From a bacterium (GTDB lineage: Bacteria > Patescibacteriota > Minisyncoccia > Phycocordibacterales > Zambryskibacteraceae): DNA of 64,000 nt. A program made the translations under genes and the position numbers. Below, in pieces: positions 1 to 9,825 of the stretch (positions are counted from its first letter, which is position 1; each line of letters starts with the position of its first letter). The notes under the pieces are model-generated. The model was not told the origin of the DNA and did no database searches. It was given only the letters and a program-made list of their open reading frames with translations. The stretch is from contig JAHFOF010000001.1 in NCBI GenBank assembly GCA_023266935.1, positions 27 through 64,026 of the forward strand, in the 5' to 3' direction.

Positions 1-89
1 TCAATACGTTTAATAATTTCTCCGACCAATCCTCTTTGTACTCCATCGTGCTTTACTGCGACAAATGTTCTTTCTTTTTTTGGATGCAT
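1..89 (-). CDS. ndk: Nucleoside diphosphate kinase, N-terminus only (runs off window)
   Basis: Manual translation from ATG at 89: [29 protein letters not shown], the typical NDK start. Confidence 0.85.
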   Translation of the reverse strand, partial: MHPKKERTFVAVKHDGVQRGLVGEIIKRI

Positions 90-123
90 AAATTAATTGT
101 TATTGAAAAATGATTATAGCAGA

Positions 124-891
124 TTAAGCTGTGAGCACAATGTGTCCTTCCTCGGTGATAGCCACAGTGTGTTCAAAGTGGGCTGAGCGAGAACCGTCCT
201 TTGTTTTAATCGTATAACCATCCTTAGAAAGTTTTATTTTCCCCGAACCTGTATTCAACATCGGCTCTATGGCTATAACCATTCCAGGAATTAATTTTTC
301 TCCATCACCGCTCACTCCAAAGTTTGGAACAAACGGATCTTCATGTACTGCGTATCCGACTCCATGTCCAGCAAGGTCTTCGGCCAAAGAAAATTTGGTT
401 TCATCAACTATTTCTGAAATAGCTTCGCCTATATCTCCAACGGTATTGTTAGGCAAAGCTTCCCTAATCCCCGCTTCTAAAGCACGTCTAGTGGCTTCTA
501 TTAATTTCCTCGCCTCGTCGTCTATCGCTCCAACACCCACAGTAATCGCCGAATCGGTGATTAAACCCTTGTGTATAAGCCCTAAATCAATTGATACGAT
601 ATCTCCACCATTTAAAATCCTTTCAGCTTCGTTTGGTATGCCGTGAACAATTTCATCATTAATAGAAACACACAAAGCCGCTGGGAAGGCTCTTTTGGCT
701 CCTGCAGGAGTATAACCAAGGAAAGCTGGTTTATCTCCACTCTCTTTTATTAGTCGCAGAGCTTCTTCTTCTAAGATAAGAGTGGATGTGCCTGGAGTAC
801 AAAGCTTGGCTAGCTCACGCAAAATTTCTGCGTGCCTTTTCCCTCCTTCTTTCATCGTTTTTATTTCTTCTTCTGTTTTAAGCTTTATCAT
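124..891 (-). CDS. map: Type I methionine aminopeptidase
   Basis: SINDEIVHGIP, GHGVG..VHEDP, AIEPM and SAHFEHTV motifs; follows secY-adk. Confidence 0.97.
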   Translation of the reverse strand: MIKLKTEEEIKTMKEGGKRHAEILRELAKLCTPGTSTLILEEEALRLIKESGDKPAFLGYTPAGAKRAFPAALCVSINDEIVHGIPNEAERILNGGDIVSIDLGLIHKGLITDSAITVGVGAIDDEARKLIEATRRALEAGIREALPNNTVGDIGEAISEIVDETKFSLAEDLAGHGVGYAVHEDPFVPNFGVSGDGEKLIPGMVIAIEPMLNTGSGKIKLSKDGYTIKTKDGSRSAHFEHTVAITEEGHIVLTA

Positions 892-1477
892 ATGCTTTCA
901 TGATATCTCTATGCACATTTTCAATCGTTTGTTCACCATTCACTCGAATATAGTTATACATCGGAGTTTTTTTGAAATATTCTATGGCTGGAGAAACATC
1001 CGCATCAAACCAATTCAACCTTTTGATAATTTTGGCGATGGTCTTGTCGTCCGATCTGCCTCTGGCCAATAATCTTTCTTCTGACCACTCACGAGAAACA
1101 TCAATATAAATTATTGTTGGTTTGTTTCGTTTATAAAATTCAAATGCGGTCGTGACCATATAGGCTTCTTCTAGTGAACGAGGAGCACCGTCGAAAACAA
1201 TATGCATGTTTTCTTCAAGTTCCTCGACGAGCATGCCGGCCCACATATAGCACCCAAGGAAATCTGGCTGTCGTTTGTCTGTGCTGTAATCTTCTTTAGA
1301 AAGCTTGGAAGAAAAACTTTCTCCTTCTATGAATTTTCTAAATTTATCTCCTGTTTCAACATAAAGAATTTGTTTCTTCTCGTGATCTTCTTTATGAAGC
1401 CAATCCTTAAACAACCCGGCTTGAGTTCCTTTGCCACATCCTGAACGTCCTATAAAAATAACTGTTTGTGGATTCAC
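878..1477 (-). CDS. adk: Adenylate kinase-family nucleoside monophosphate kinase
   Basis: P-loop GRSGCGKGTQ, FDGAPR, RGRSDD; between secY and map. Confidence 0.85.
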   Translation of the reverse strand: MNPQTVIFIGRSGCGKGTQAGLFKDWLHKEDHEKKQILYVETGDKFRKFIEGESFSSKLSKEDYSTDKRQPDFLGCYMWAGMLVEELEENMHIVFDGAPRSLEEAYMVTTAFEFYKRNKPTIIYIDVSREWSEERLLARGRSDDKTIAKIIKRLNWFDADVSPAIEYFKKTPMYNYIRVNGEQTIENVHRDIMKAYDKA

Positions 1478-1491
1478 TCTTCTATTCTACC

Positions 1492-2763
1492 TTAATATTC
1501 TCGAGCAGAAACTTGAGCGTCAACTTTCTTTACCAAATCAATCACTACAGAAACAACGATGAGCAGGGCCGTACCACCGATAGCCAGAGACTGAATACCT
1601 GTTGTCGCTCGAAGAATAAGTGGAAGGACAGCGATAAGTCCAAGGAAAAGAGCTCCGACAAGGGTTAATCGGGTCAGCACTTTAGAAAGATACATAGAGG
1701 TTGATTCTCCAGGACGAATACCAGGTATAAAGGCACCGGATTTCTGCAGATTTGTTGCTATCTGGTCTGGATCAAAGGTAATCGCAGTATAGAAGTAAGT
1801 GAAGAGAACCACCAAAATAAAGTAAGCTATTCCATAGAATAGTTGATTAGTAAGAAGAGCAAGGAGAGATGTGGCTATATGAGCAACTGCAACTACTTTC
1901 GCTGAAGTAAGAAACTGTAGAATCATTTGTGGGAACAAAAGAATCGAAAGGGCAAAGATAATAGGAATCACTCCCGCCTGATTCACTCGAAGAGGAAGAT
2001 AAGTAGAAACACCGCCCGAAGCAGTATTGCCTCTAATTTGTTTAGCATATGTTACTGGGATGGGTCTCTCGGCTTCAGAAACAAACACGACACCGAAGAT
2101 AACAGCGAGGATGAGAACAAGTGAGACCAAATAAATCGGAAGTTGAACAATATCAAAAGTGAAGATTAATTGGCCAATGTTCGTTGGGAGTCTGGAAACA
2201 ATACCAGCAAAGATAATAAGAGAAATACCATTACCAATACCAAATTCCGAAATTAATTCTCCAACCCAAACTAGAAGCAATGAACCAGCTGTGATTACAA
2301 TCAAGTCAAGAAAAAGATGTGAAGGGGTAAGGCCGGCCAAGACTCCTTGTTTTTGGAAAAGAGTAATAAAAGCAAATCCCTGAAGGAGAGCGAGGGGAAC
2401 GGTTAAAAGTCGAGAATATTGGGCAAAGCGACGACGACCAGCGTCCCCTTCTTCTTGGTACATGGCTTTTAGTTTCGGGATCATCAAAGTAAGAAGTTGC
2501 ATGATGATAGAACCTGTGATGTATGGTCCTACTCCGAGCATGACTATGGAGAGATTAGACAAACCACCGCCAGAAAAAACATTCAAAAGACTGAGAAATT
2601 GGTTGCCTGAAAAGAGTGTTTGAAGATGGGCCGAATCAATCCCAGGAATAGGAATGATGGCCAGAATCCTTGAAACAACAAGAAGTCCGAGGGTGATGAG
2701 AATGCCCTTTCGGATGACTCTGTCTCCGAAAATCAATCTTAACTTGTCTCTAAACTCTTTCAT
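1492..2763 (-). CDS. secY: Preprotein translocase subunit SecY
   Basis: Multi-TM; LGVGPYITGSIIMQLL, GIGNGISLIIFAGI, AGVIPIIFA, GGTALLIVV. Confidence 0.98.
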   Translation of the reverse strand: MKEFRDKLRLIFGDRVIRKGILITLGLLVVSRILAIIPIPGIDSAHLQTLFSGNQFLSLLNVFSGGGLSNLSIVMLGVGPYITGSIIMQLLTLMIPKLKAMYQEEGDAGRRRFAQYSRLLTVPLALLQGFAFITLFQKQGVLAGLTPSHLFLDLIVITAGSLLLVWVGELISEFGIGNGISLIIFAGIVSRLPTNIGQLIFTFDIVQLPIYLVSLVLILAVIFGVVFVSEAERPIPVTYAKQIRGNTASGGVSTYLPLRVNQAGVIPIIFALSILLFPQMILQFLTSAKVVAVAHIATSLLALLTNQLFYGIAYFILVVLFTYFYTAITFDPDQIATNLQKSGAFIPGIRPGESTSMYLSKVLTRLTLVGALFLGLIAVLPLILRATTGIQSLAIGGTALLIVVSVVIDLVKKVDAQVSAREY

Positions 2764-2764
2764 G

Positions 2765-3205
2765 TTATTTTATACTACCCCCGATTTTGAGAATTTTGGC
2801 TTCAGCACTCTTAGAAACAATCACCTTCTCAAACGATAGGGGTTTAGTTAGTTCGCCTGTGCCTAGAATTTTAACTCCTAGAACAGAAGCGTCTTTGGCC
2901 GAAATAATTTTCTTTTCTAAAAGAGAAATCTTGTTCACCATTTCTCCAGATTTATAATTTTTATCTATAAACCCTAGATTAAGAACAAAAGGTTTCGATT
3001 GAATTGATTTGAAAGAAGAAACTCCTCTACCTCGGAGCTTGGGAAATCTCTTGATAAAGTCTCGAAGCTCCGGACGATTTTTATGTCCAGCACGAGCATT
3101 CTGCCCTTTGGTTCCTCGACCAGAAGTTTTTCCTCGAGTACCTCCTCGTCCAACTTGTTTTGAGAGCACTCGTTTTGTTTTCGCTTTTAGAGTATGGAGT
3201 TGCAT
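2765..3205 (-). CDS. rplO: 50S ribosomal protein L15
   Basis: VGRGGTRGKTSGRGTKGQNAR; operon position. Confidence 0.97.
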   Translation of the reverse strand: MQLHTLKAKTKRVLSKQVGRGGTRGKTSGRGTKGQNARAGHKNRPELRDFIKRFPKLRGRGVSSFKSIQSKPFVLNLGFIDKNYKSGEMVNKISLLEKKIISAKDASVLGVKILGTGELTKPLSFEKVIVSKSAEAKILKIGGSIK

Positions 3206-3209
3206 AAAA

Positions 3210-3827
3210 TTATTTTGAATTTCTTATTTTGGTTCTCTCTAATTGACGAAGAGCAGAGACCGCAGCAAGGGCATTGTTCATGCTATTCTTGCTTCTTGAA
3301 AGCAGTTTGGCTGAAACTTCTCGAAGACCAGCAAGTTCAAGTACTGTTCGAACAGAGCTTCCTGCGAGGATACCCTTACCAGGAGCAGGACGAATAATAA
3401 CTCGTGAAGCGCTAAATTTGGCTTCAATATCATGAGGCACAGACATGCCTTTTGTGGTATTCACCGTTATCATATTCTTCTTCGCATCACGAAACGCTTT
3501 TTCTATAGCCAAAGGAGTATCTCCGGCCTTACCTAAACCAACTCCCACACTGCCCTTTCTGTTTCCTGCGACAACACAAACAGAGAAAGCGAATCGACGT
3601 CCTCCTGAAGTCACACGAGTCACTCGACGAAGACTCACAATTTTCTGATCAAATTCAGGTTTAGTTCTAGTATCGCGTCGAGGTCCTCGGCGGTTTGGTT
3701 TCCTTCCCCCACGGCTATCACCTCTTGTATCCCTAGATTGAGGGCGAGTATTAGGAGCAGGAACAACCGCAGGAGCTCCAACTACTGTTTCAGCTATGCT
3801 ATCGTTTATGATTATTGGTTCGTCCAT
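3210..3827 (-). CDS. rpsE: 30S ribosomal protein S5
   Basis: RVTRVTSGGRRFAF, VRTVLELAG. Confidence 0.97.
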   Translation of the reverse strand: MDEPIIINDSIAETVVGAPAVVPAPNTRPQSRDTRGDSRGGRKPNRRGPRRDTRTKPEFDQKIVSLRRVTRVTSGGRRFAFSVCVVAGNRKGSVGVGLGKAGDTPLAIEKAFRDAKKNMITVNTTKGMSVPHDIEAKFSASRVIIRPAPGKGILAGSSVRTVLELAGLREVSAKLLSRSKNSMNNALAAVSALRQLERTKIRNSK

Positions 3828-3829
3828 GT

Positions 3830-4144
3830 TTAGAATTTAAGTCCACCCTCTCGAGCGGCGTTGGCTAATGATTCAACCTTGCCTGTATAAATATAACCCC
3901 CTCTGTCGAAAACCACTCGACCAACTTTTTTAGACAAACCAAGCTTGGCTATCTCTGCTCCAACTTTTTTTGGATCTTTACCTTGAGCAGCGGCCAAAGT
4001 TACTCCCTTATCATCATCAATGAGTTGAGCATACAGAGCAATGTTTGATTTAAAAACAGAAAGTCTTGGACAATCCGAAGTACCAGAAATCTTCGCTCGG
4101 ATTTTTTTGTGGTTTCTGTTTCGTTTTAGAGTTTTTGTAGACAT
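3830..4144 (-). CDS. rplR: 50S ribosomal protein L18
   Basis: PRLSVFKSN, VVFDRGGYIYTGKV, AREGGLKF. Confidence 0.97.
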   Translation of the reverse strand: MSTKTLKRNRNHKKIRAKISGTSDCPRLSVFKSNIALYAQLIDDDKGVTLAAAQGKDPKKVGAEIAKLGLSKKVGRVVFDRGGYIYTGKVESLANAAREGGLKF

Positions 4145-4171
4145 TTTATTTATAGTGAGATTGTCGAACTA
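4145..4171 (-). repeat. Junction element, rplF-rplR copy
   Basis: TAG TTCGACAATCTCACTATAAATAAA then ATG. Confidence 0.85.
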
Positions 4172-4702
4172 TGCTGATTTTTTACCCTGTTTTCGTTTGA
4201 TAACTTCATCACTGTATCTCATTCCCTTGCCTTTATAAGGTTCAGGTTTTTTTAGTGAACGAAGCTTCGCTGCAAATTCTCCTACTACTTCTTTATTCGA
4301 ACCTGAGATAGTGATGTTGTTTTTTTCTGCAGTTACCTGTAGTCCTTTGGGAATCTCGATATTGACTGGGTGAGAAAAACCGAGAGCAAAGACGATTGAA
4401 TCACCCTTTACTTCTGATTTATAACCAATACCTTCGAGAATAAGTTTTTTCTCAAAAGCTTTATTCACTCCAGAAACCATGTTTTTCAAATGAGAAGCAT
4501 AGGTACCCCAAAGTGCTCTGGACTCGAGGGTTTCCTTTTTTGGATGTATCGTCACTTCATTGCCATTCACCTTTATCTCTATCATCGGATGCACACTTTT
4601 AGAAAGTTCACCCAAAGGACCTTTGACCAACACCGAACCAGCGGAGAGAACAATCTCTGTTTTTTCTGGAAGCGTGATGATTTGTTTTCCTATGCGTGAC
4701 AT
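4169..4702 (-). CDS. rplF: 50S ribosomal protein L6
   Basis: MSRIGK, PEPYKGKG. Confidence 0.98.
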   Translation of the reverse strand: MSRIGKQIITLPEKTEIVLSAGSVLVKGPLGELSKSVHPMIEIKVNGNEVTIHPKKETLESRALWGTYASHLKNMVSGVNKAFEKKLILEGIGYKSEVKGDSIVFALGFSHPVNIEIPKGLQVTAEKNNITISGSNKEVVGEFAAKLRSLKKPEPYKGKGMRYSDEVIKRKQGKKSA

Positions 4703-4705
4703 ATG

Positions 4706-4732
4706 TTTATTTATAGTGAGCCTGTCGAATTA
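4706..4732 (-). repeat. Junction element, rpsH-rplF copy
   Basis: TAA TTCGACAGGCTCACTATAAATAAA. Confidence 0.85.
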
Positions 4733-5116
4733 CCAAATGGTGAATAGAATTTCTCCTCCGACCTTTTCTTTGCGGGCGTCTCGGCCACTAAGGATTCCTT
4801 TCGGTGTAGAAAGGACTACTGCTCCGTATCCATTCTTCACCAAACGAATCTCTGAAGCTTTCTTGTAGATTCTTTTTGAAGTTTTAGAAATGCGAGCCAC
4901 ACCCTTAACCTTTGGGATTCGATTCTCCATAAGAAGGCTGACGATGAGTGATGGTTTGCCTCCTACAACTTTCTTTTCGGCACCCTTAATAAATCCTTCT
5001 TTTTTTAGAACATTGGCTATATTTTCTTTAATCTTTGAATATGAAAGTACGACATGATCCCTGCCGGCATTACCTGCATTCTTTATCCCTATAATCATGT
5101 TTGCGATTGGATCCAT
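4730..5116 (-). CDS. rpsH: 30S ribosomal protein S8
   Basis: DPIANM, LSTPKG, VGGEIL. Confidence 0.97.
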   Translation of the reverse strand: MDPIANMIIGIKNAGNAGRDHVVLSYSKIKENIANVLKKEGFIKGAEKKVVGGKPSLIVSLLMENRIPKVKGVARISKTSKRIYKKASEIRLVKNGYGAVVLSTPKGILSGRDARKEKVGGEILFTIW

Positions 5117-5129
5117 TTGAAAATTTAAT

Positions 5130-5315
5130 CTACCAAGATGCTTTCTTCACACCAGGAATTTTGCCTTCATTCGCCATTTCTCTAAAGCATATTCGACAAA
5201 GGTCAAAATCCCTCATATAGCCCCGCCCTCGACCACATTTGAAGCAACGATTAGTAGCCCGAGTCTTGAACTTTGGGGTCTTTTTTGATCTTGCGACTAC
5301 TGAAGTTTTGGCCAT
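5130..5315 (-). CDS. rpsN: 30S ribosomal protein S14, zinc-binding type Z (61 aa)
   Basis: RCFKCGR...[12 protein letters not shown]; start moved to MAKTSVV at 5315. Confidence 0.95.
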   Translation of the reverse strand: MAKTSVVARSKKTPKFKTRATNRCFKCGRGRGYMRDFDLCRICFREMANEGKIPGVKKASW

Positions 5316-5405
5316 ATTTACGAAAAAAGCTTTGAAAAAGCTAGGCATTTAGCTTATCAAGATAGAGAGGGGTTGTCAAATAAGGCTTAAATGGAGACTT
5401 ACGGG

Positions 5406-5939
5406 CTATTTCTTGAACGGGAAACCTAGATGTTCAAGAAAGGCTTGGACTTCTTTCTTTGATTTGGCTGTAGTCACTACCGTGATAGCAAGACCGAAAA
5501 CATCCTTCAATTCCTCATCGGCTGTTTCTGGGAAGATATTATGCTCTTTGATACCCAAAGTATAATTCCCCATCTCATCTGCAGAGTTTATAGAAATACC
5601 ACGAAAATCTTTGGTTCTAGGGAGAGAAATATGAATCAACTTTTCCAGAAAATCATACATTCTGTTGCCTCGAAGGGTGACTTGATATCCGACCACATCA
5701 CCTTGTCTTGATTTAAAGTTAGCGATAGCTACCTTGGCTCCACGAGGAGCAGCTTTTTGTCCAGTGATGCGAGCCAGTCTGTCTGCAATCACTTTCATCT
5801 TGTTTTTATCTTTGAGTGATCCGACTCCAACAGAAATAACCACCTTTTGGATTCGAGGTGTCTGCATTTTATTCTTATAACCCTGAGATTCTTTTAGAAC
5901 CTTGAACGCATTATTGATTTTTGTTTTTAAGTTTTCCAT
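5406..5939 (-). CDS. rplE: 50S ribosomal protein L5
   Basis: ITGQK, VTLRG, LPRTKDFRG, GNYTLGIKE. Confidence 0.97.
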   Translation of the reverse strand: MENLKTKINNAFKVLKESQGYKNKMQTPRIQKVVISVGVGSLKDKNKMKVIADRLARITGQKAAPRGAKVAIANFKSRQGDVVGYQVTLRGNRMYDFLEKLIHISLPRTKDFRGISINSADEMGNYTLGIKEHNIFPETADEELKDVFGLAITVVTTAKSKKEVQAFLEHLGFPFKK

Positions 5940-5966
5940 TTTATTTATAGTGAGTTCATCGAACTA
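5940..5966 (-). repeat. Junction element, rplX-rplE copy
   Basis: TAG TTCGATGAACTCACTATAAATAAA then ATG. Confidence 0.85.
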
Positions 5967-6182
5967 TTTTGCCAATTTTACTGTCGAAGCATAAATCGGC
6001 ATGGCTTTCTCTATGATTTGACCTTTGCCATCTTTCTTTTTGGCTTTCTCATGAATCTTTTTGATATTTATTCCTTCAACCACAACTTTCATTTCTTTAG
6101 GAATAGATTTCAAAATCTTGCCGGACTTACCTTTGTCCTTGCCTGAGAGTATTACCACATTGTCGCCTTTTTTTACGTGCAT
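5964..6182 (-). CDS. rplX: 50S ribosomal protein L24 (short, 72 aa)
   Basis: KKGDNVVILSGKDKGK KOW motif, VVVEGIN. Confidence 0.95.
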   Translation of the reverse strand: MHVKKGDNVVILSGKDKGKSGKILKSIPKEMKVVVEGINIKKIHEKAKKKDGKGQIIEKAMPIYASTVKLAK

Positions 6183-6191
6183 ATATTTATA

Positions 6192-6563
6192 TTAAACAAC
6201 CTCTGGAGCCAAGGAAATAATTTTTTGGAAACCTTTTTCACCAATTTCTCGAGGAATCGGTCCAAAAACACGTCCCGCCTGTGGTTCGCTCTTCGCTTTG
6301 TCCAAAATCACTACCGCGTTCTCATCAAATCTAAGATACGAACCATCTGCTCGACGAAAAGGGGCTCGTTGTCGAACTACCACGGCATACAAAATATCCT
6401 TCTTTTTCACCGTTTTTCGAGGCTCGGCTTTTTGCACAGAAAGCACTACGATGTCTCCGATTCCCGCTGTTCTTTTCTTTGAAGCTCCGAGCACTTTAAA
6501 AATACGCCCGATTTTACCTCCGGAGTTGTCAGCTATTTGAACGATTGTGCGAGGTTGAATCAT
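6192..6563 (-). CDS. rplN: 50S ribosomal protein L14
   Basis: MIQ..ADNSG, FDENAVV, RVFGPIPRE, SLAPEV. Confidence 0.98.
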   Translation of the reverse strand: MIQPRTIVQIADNSGGKIGRIFKVLGASKKRTAGIGDIVVLSVQKAEPRKTVKKKDILYAVVVRQRAPFRRADGSYLRFDENAVVILDKAKSEPQAGRVFGPIPREIGEKGFQKIISLAPEVV

Positions 6564-6569
6564 GGTGGC

Positions 6570-6818
6570 TTATACTATCATAAAGTGCTTATCCTTTGAT
6601 ATGGGTTTGGTCTCGATAATTTTTACCTTATCACCAATCTTTTTAGTGTTTCCTGCATCGTGAGCTTTAAATTTTTTCCTATACTTGATGAACTTATCGT
6701 ACTTTGGATGTTTCTCATATCTTTCAACTGAAACTACCACGGTGTCTTTCATCTTGTCAGATGTCACAACGCCAGAGAGAACTTTGCCTTTTTTAATTTT
6801 TGTTTCTTCTTTTTTCAT
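6570..6818 (-). CDS. rpsQ: 30S ribosomal protein S17
   Basis: GVVTSDKMKDTVVV, KAHD, ETKPISKDK. Confidence 0.97.
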   Translation of the reverse strand: MKKEETKIKKGKVLSGVVTSDKMKDTVVVSVERYEKHPKYDKFIKYRKKFKAHDAGNTKKIGDKVKIIETKPISKDKHFMIV

Positions 6819-6819
6819 A

Positions 6820-7005
6820 TTACTTGAGTTTATGAAGCTCGGTCATAATGCGAGCAATATCTTTTTTGTGTTTGATTCCTTCTTTCACATTTTTCATCTT
6901 CGAACCAGCCGTGCCAAATCGAAACTCTCGAAGAGCTGTTCTCTTTTCTATAAGAGCTTTTTTAAGTTCTACCGCTGATTGTCCGATGAATGAGGTTTTT
7001 TTCAT
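6820..7005 (-). CDS. rpmC: 50S ribosomal protein L29
   Basis: LREFRF, KKDIARIMT; between rplP and rpsQ. Confidence 0.9.
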   Translation of the reverse strand: MKKTSFIGQSAVELKKALIEKRTALREFRFGTAGSKMKNVKEGIKHKKDIARIMTELHKLK

Positions 7006-7009
7006 ATAT

Positions 7010-7429
7010 TTACATTCGGGGAACGATTTTTGTCTTTACTGGAAGCTTCGTGCCTGCCTTACGAAGAGCTTCTCTACACACAGCTGCATCTGGACCATCT
7101 ACTTCGAAAATGATGCGCCCCGCTCGAACTGGGGCTACATAGCCCTGGAGGTCTCCTTTACCCTTCCCCAATTTCACTTCAGCTGGCTTCGCAGTATAAG
7201 GCATATCAGGGAAGATGCGAATCCAAAGACGACCAGATTTGCCCATTGAACGAGAAAGGACTTTTCGAGCAGCTTCAATTTGATTTGATCTGATACGAGC
7301 TTGATCGAGAGCTTTTAATCCAAACGAACCAAAAGCCACCGTCACCCCACGAGTAGCTGGCCCCACCTTCAGAGGATTTTTCCTCATCGTTTGCCACTTT
7401 CGATATTTAACTTTTTTTGGAGCCAGCAT
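7010..7429 (-). CDS. rplP: 50S ribosomal protein L16
   Basis: PKKVKYRK, QIEAAR, WIRIFPD, GKGKG. Confidence 0.98.
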   Translation of the reverse strand: MLAPKKVKYRKWQTMRKNPLKVGPATRGVTVAFGSFGLKALDQARIRSNQIEAARKVLSRSMGKSGRLWIRIFPDMPYTAKPAEVKLGKGKGDLQGYVAPVRAGRIIFEVDGPDAAVCREALRKAGTKLPVKTKIVPRM

Positions 7430-7444
7430 AGTATTTGATAATAA

Positions 7445-7470
7445 TTATTTATAGTGAGCTTGTCGAACTA
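7445..7470 (-). repeat. Junction element, rpsC-rplP copy
   Basis: TAG TTCGACAAGCTCACTATAAATAA. Confidence 0.85.
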
Positions 7471-8145
7471 TTTTTGAGTTGGAGCGTCCTTCTCAAAGAT
7501 GTCTCCTTTATAAATCCAAACCTTCACTCCGAGTGTCCCATAAGGCATAACTGCTTTGGTTGAACAATAATCCACATCAGCGCGGAAAGTTTGGAGCGGG
7601 ATTCGTCCGAGGTGACGATCCTCTGTACGGCTCATGGTTGCTCCTCCGAGTCGTCCTGCAAGGAAAAGACGAACTCCTAAAACATCTCTGTTCGCCATCA
7701 CCTTTTCAAGAGTAGACTTGGCCACACGTCGGAAAGGTAAACGCTTTTCTAGACCTTCAACCACCATTTGAGCAACAATTGTCGCATTTGATTCTGGAGA
7801 TTTGATTTCTTTAATATCAAGCTTCACTTCAACTTTTGGATTCAACAGTTTATGCTTGGCCAAAAGTTTTTTTATATCAATGAGAAGCTTTTGAGAACCA
7901 TCTCCGCTTCGACCAATAATCATACCTGGGCGTGAAGTAGAAACGATAATACGAAGAGCCTTTTCGCTTCTCTCAATTTCCAAATCAGCCACATAAAATC
8001 CCTTTAACTTTTTTTCCAAGAATTTGCGTATTAAAATATCTCCCCGAAGATTCTCTTGGTATTTGCCTTTAGGAGAAAACCATCGACTTTTCCAGTCTCT
8101 GAGAATTCCTAATCTATGTGAATATGGGTGAACTGTGTGTGACAT
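7468..8145 (-). CDS. rpsC: 30S ribosomal protein S3
   Basis: RPGMIIGRSG KH motif, GRIPLQTFRADVDY, GVKVWIYKG. Confidence 0.98.
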   Translation of the reverse strand: MSHTVHPYSHRLGILRDWKSRWFSPKGKYQENLRGDILIRKFLEKKLKGFYVADLEIERSEKALRIIVSTSRPGMIIGRSGDGSQKLLIDIKKLLAKHKLLNPKVEVKLDIKEIKSPESNATIVAQMVVEGLEKRLPFRRVAKSTLEKVMANRDVLGVRLFLAGRLGGATMSRTEDRHLGRIPLQTFRADVDYCSTKAVMPYGTLGVKVWIYKGDIFEKDAPTQK

Positions 8146-8149
8146 AAAA

Positions 8150-8536
8150 TTAGCTTTTAGGTTTTAGTTTCTGGCTTTTAGCTTTCGACTTTTTAACTTT
8201 CGGAGTTTTTTCTCCGAGAACTACATCAACATGACTAGTACGCTTTCGAATAACAAACGCTCGACCTCTAGACATGGGCAATCTTCGATAAAGAATCTTG
8301 CCTCCATTAACACTCACTTCCTTCACAAACAAATTTTCAAGAGGAATAGAGAGTGATTTGGCATTTGCAATAGCTGAAGCGAGAAGTTTCTGAACTGGAC
8401 CAGCTGAACGCTTTGGCACGAACGCGAGGATGTTTTGAGCATCTTCAATCGACTTGCCTCGAATTAAATCCGCCACACCTCGAACTTTGCGGGGAGATTG
8501 TCTGTAGTTTGAAAGTGTAGCTCGAGCGTCAGTCAT
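8150..8536 (-). CDS. rplV: 50S ribosomal protein L22
   Basis: RQSPRKVR, SAIANA, RKRTSH. Confidence 0.97.
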   Translation of the reverse strand: MTDARATLSNYRQSPRKVRGVADLIRGKSIEDAQNILAFVPKRSAGPVQKLLASAIANAKSLSIPLENLFVKEVSVNGGKILYRRLPMSRGRAFVIRKRTSHVDVVLGEKTPKVKKSKAKSQKLKPKS

Positions 8537-8541
8537 ATAAA

Positions 8542-8883
8542 TTATTTTTTACTTTCAGTGGCACCCTTGGCTGCTTGAGCAGCACTGATTTCTGCTTCTT
8601 TTTTCTTTTGTTCGAGATCCTTCTGCATCTTACCTCCGTGTTTGGTGAACTTGCGAGTTAAAGAAAATTCACCGAGCCGGTGTCCAACCATATCCTCGGT
8701 GATAAATACTTCTATGTGATCTTTGCCGTTGTGTACTCCGAAGGTAAATCCGACCATTTCTGGAGCTATCTGGCATGCTCTGGACCAAGTCTTAATAACA
8801 CCGGTAGTACCGGGTTTCTTGCCCTCAATCTTTTTCAAGATTCGTGGGTCAACATATGGACCTTTTTTACTAGATCTGGTCAT
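8542..8883 (-). CDS. rpsS: 30S ribosomal protein S19
   Basis: [25 protein letters not shown]. Confidence 0.98.
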   Translation of the reverse strand: MTRSSKKGPYVDPRILKKIEGKKPGTTGVIKTWSRACQIAPEMVGFTFGVHNGKDHIEVFITEDMVGHRLGEFSLTRKFTKHGGKMQKDLEQKKKEAEISAAQAAKGATESKK

Positions 8884-9009
8884 TAGAAATAAAGAAGCTC
8901 AAGACGAGCTGTCGAGATATAGTATAGAAATCAAGGCATATTGTCAATAAATTCAATGAAAAAGCCAGGAATGAATCCTGGCTTTGGACTAGTACAGTCC
9001 CTTTTGTCG

Positions 9010-9630
9010 CTAGATCCCCTCGAGTTCCTCGAGAAGAACTGTCGCGATCCTCGCGTCTTCTTCTTCCTCAGCAATGAGCCGGTCGGTCTTGACGATTATC
9101 AACTCGCCCTTTCGTGTGACGAGAGCCCCCAACGGTTCGACGCCGGGCTGACGTTGAACCAGGTCAACACATACCAACCCATTCGGGTTCAGCCATGTGT
9201 GACAGGTCCAGACCGCGTCAGTCGCCAGAGTTCGAAGACCGGCTCGTGCCTCGATCGGAATCTCCGGCGCCGTCTCACCCTCAGCGAGCCGACGGTACTG
9301 AAGCACCGTTGCATGCCTGGTGGGCTTGCCCTGACAAACCAGATTGAAACTGTGCCCATCCACGAGATGCAGACCGTTCGCGGTGAGCCCAACTCGGAGC
9401 ATCGCCACCTGAATCTTCTGCATGTTGTTCATGGCCTGAACACCGCGTCCTACTCCGTTCTCGCGACGACGAGCAAGAAGTTCCTGCTCAGTTCTGCGCT
9501 CAATCGAGCGAATGCCCGGAGGAATTGATCTCAAACTCGGTGAAATGAATTTCACCGTGAGATCATCGATCATCCCAAGAGGAATGGGGTGGCTCTCGCC
9601 CGGTCGAGCCGAAGCGATTCGATCAAACAT
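9010..9630 (-). CDS. Hypothetical protein (GC-rich orphan, 206 aa)
   Basis: ATG preceded by GGAGAG, upstream promoter 9704-9732, downstream hairpin about 8959-8986. Confidence 0.65.
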   Translation of the reverse strand: MFDRIASARPGESHPIPLGMIDDLTVKFISPSLRSIPPGIRSIERRTEQELLARRRENGVGRGVQAMNNMQKIQVAMLRVGLTANGLHLVDGHSFNLVCQGKPTRHATVLQYRRLAEGETAPEIPIEARAGLRTLATDAVWTCHTWLNPNGLVCVDLVQRQPGVEPLGALVTRKGELIIVKTDRLIAEEEEDARIATVLLEELEGI

Positions 9631-9691
9631 TTGATACTCTCCGTGGTGTTGAAGGGAAAAAGGAGACTTGGAACGAACACTGGATACTACT

Positions 9692-9732
9692 TATCTACTT
9701 TGTAGAGTAGCACACTTGATTTAAAAAGTCAA
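9692..9732 (-). promoter_or_regulatory. Sigma70-like promoter, copy 1 of a duplicated motif
   Basis: TTGACT-N17-TACTCT with TG extension; 23/25 identical to 10511-10535. Confidence 0.65.
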
Positions 9733-9825
9733 ATGGAGAATTTATTTATATAAACAAAAGCCGCCCGATGTTTTGGGCGGCCAGACTTTTAAGAAAAGTC
9801 TCTAACCTACTGCTCGCTGACTATA

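Noticed and set aside
3205-3210. Missing rpmD (L30) between rpsE and rplO as a novelty
   Set aside because: Loss of L30 is an established CPR trait; used only as a taxonomic hint.
8941-9528. 195-aa plus-strand ORF
   Set aside because: Antisense shadow of 9010-9630, TTG start inside a promoter, and it crosses a terminator; promoter and RBS support the minus-strand gene.
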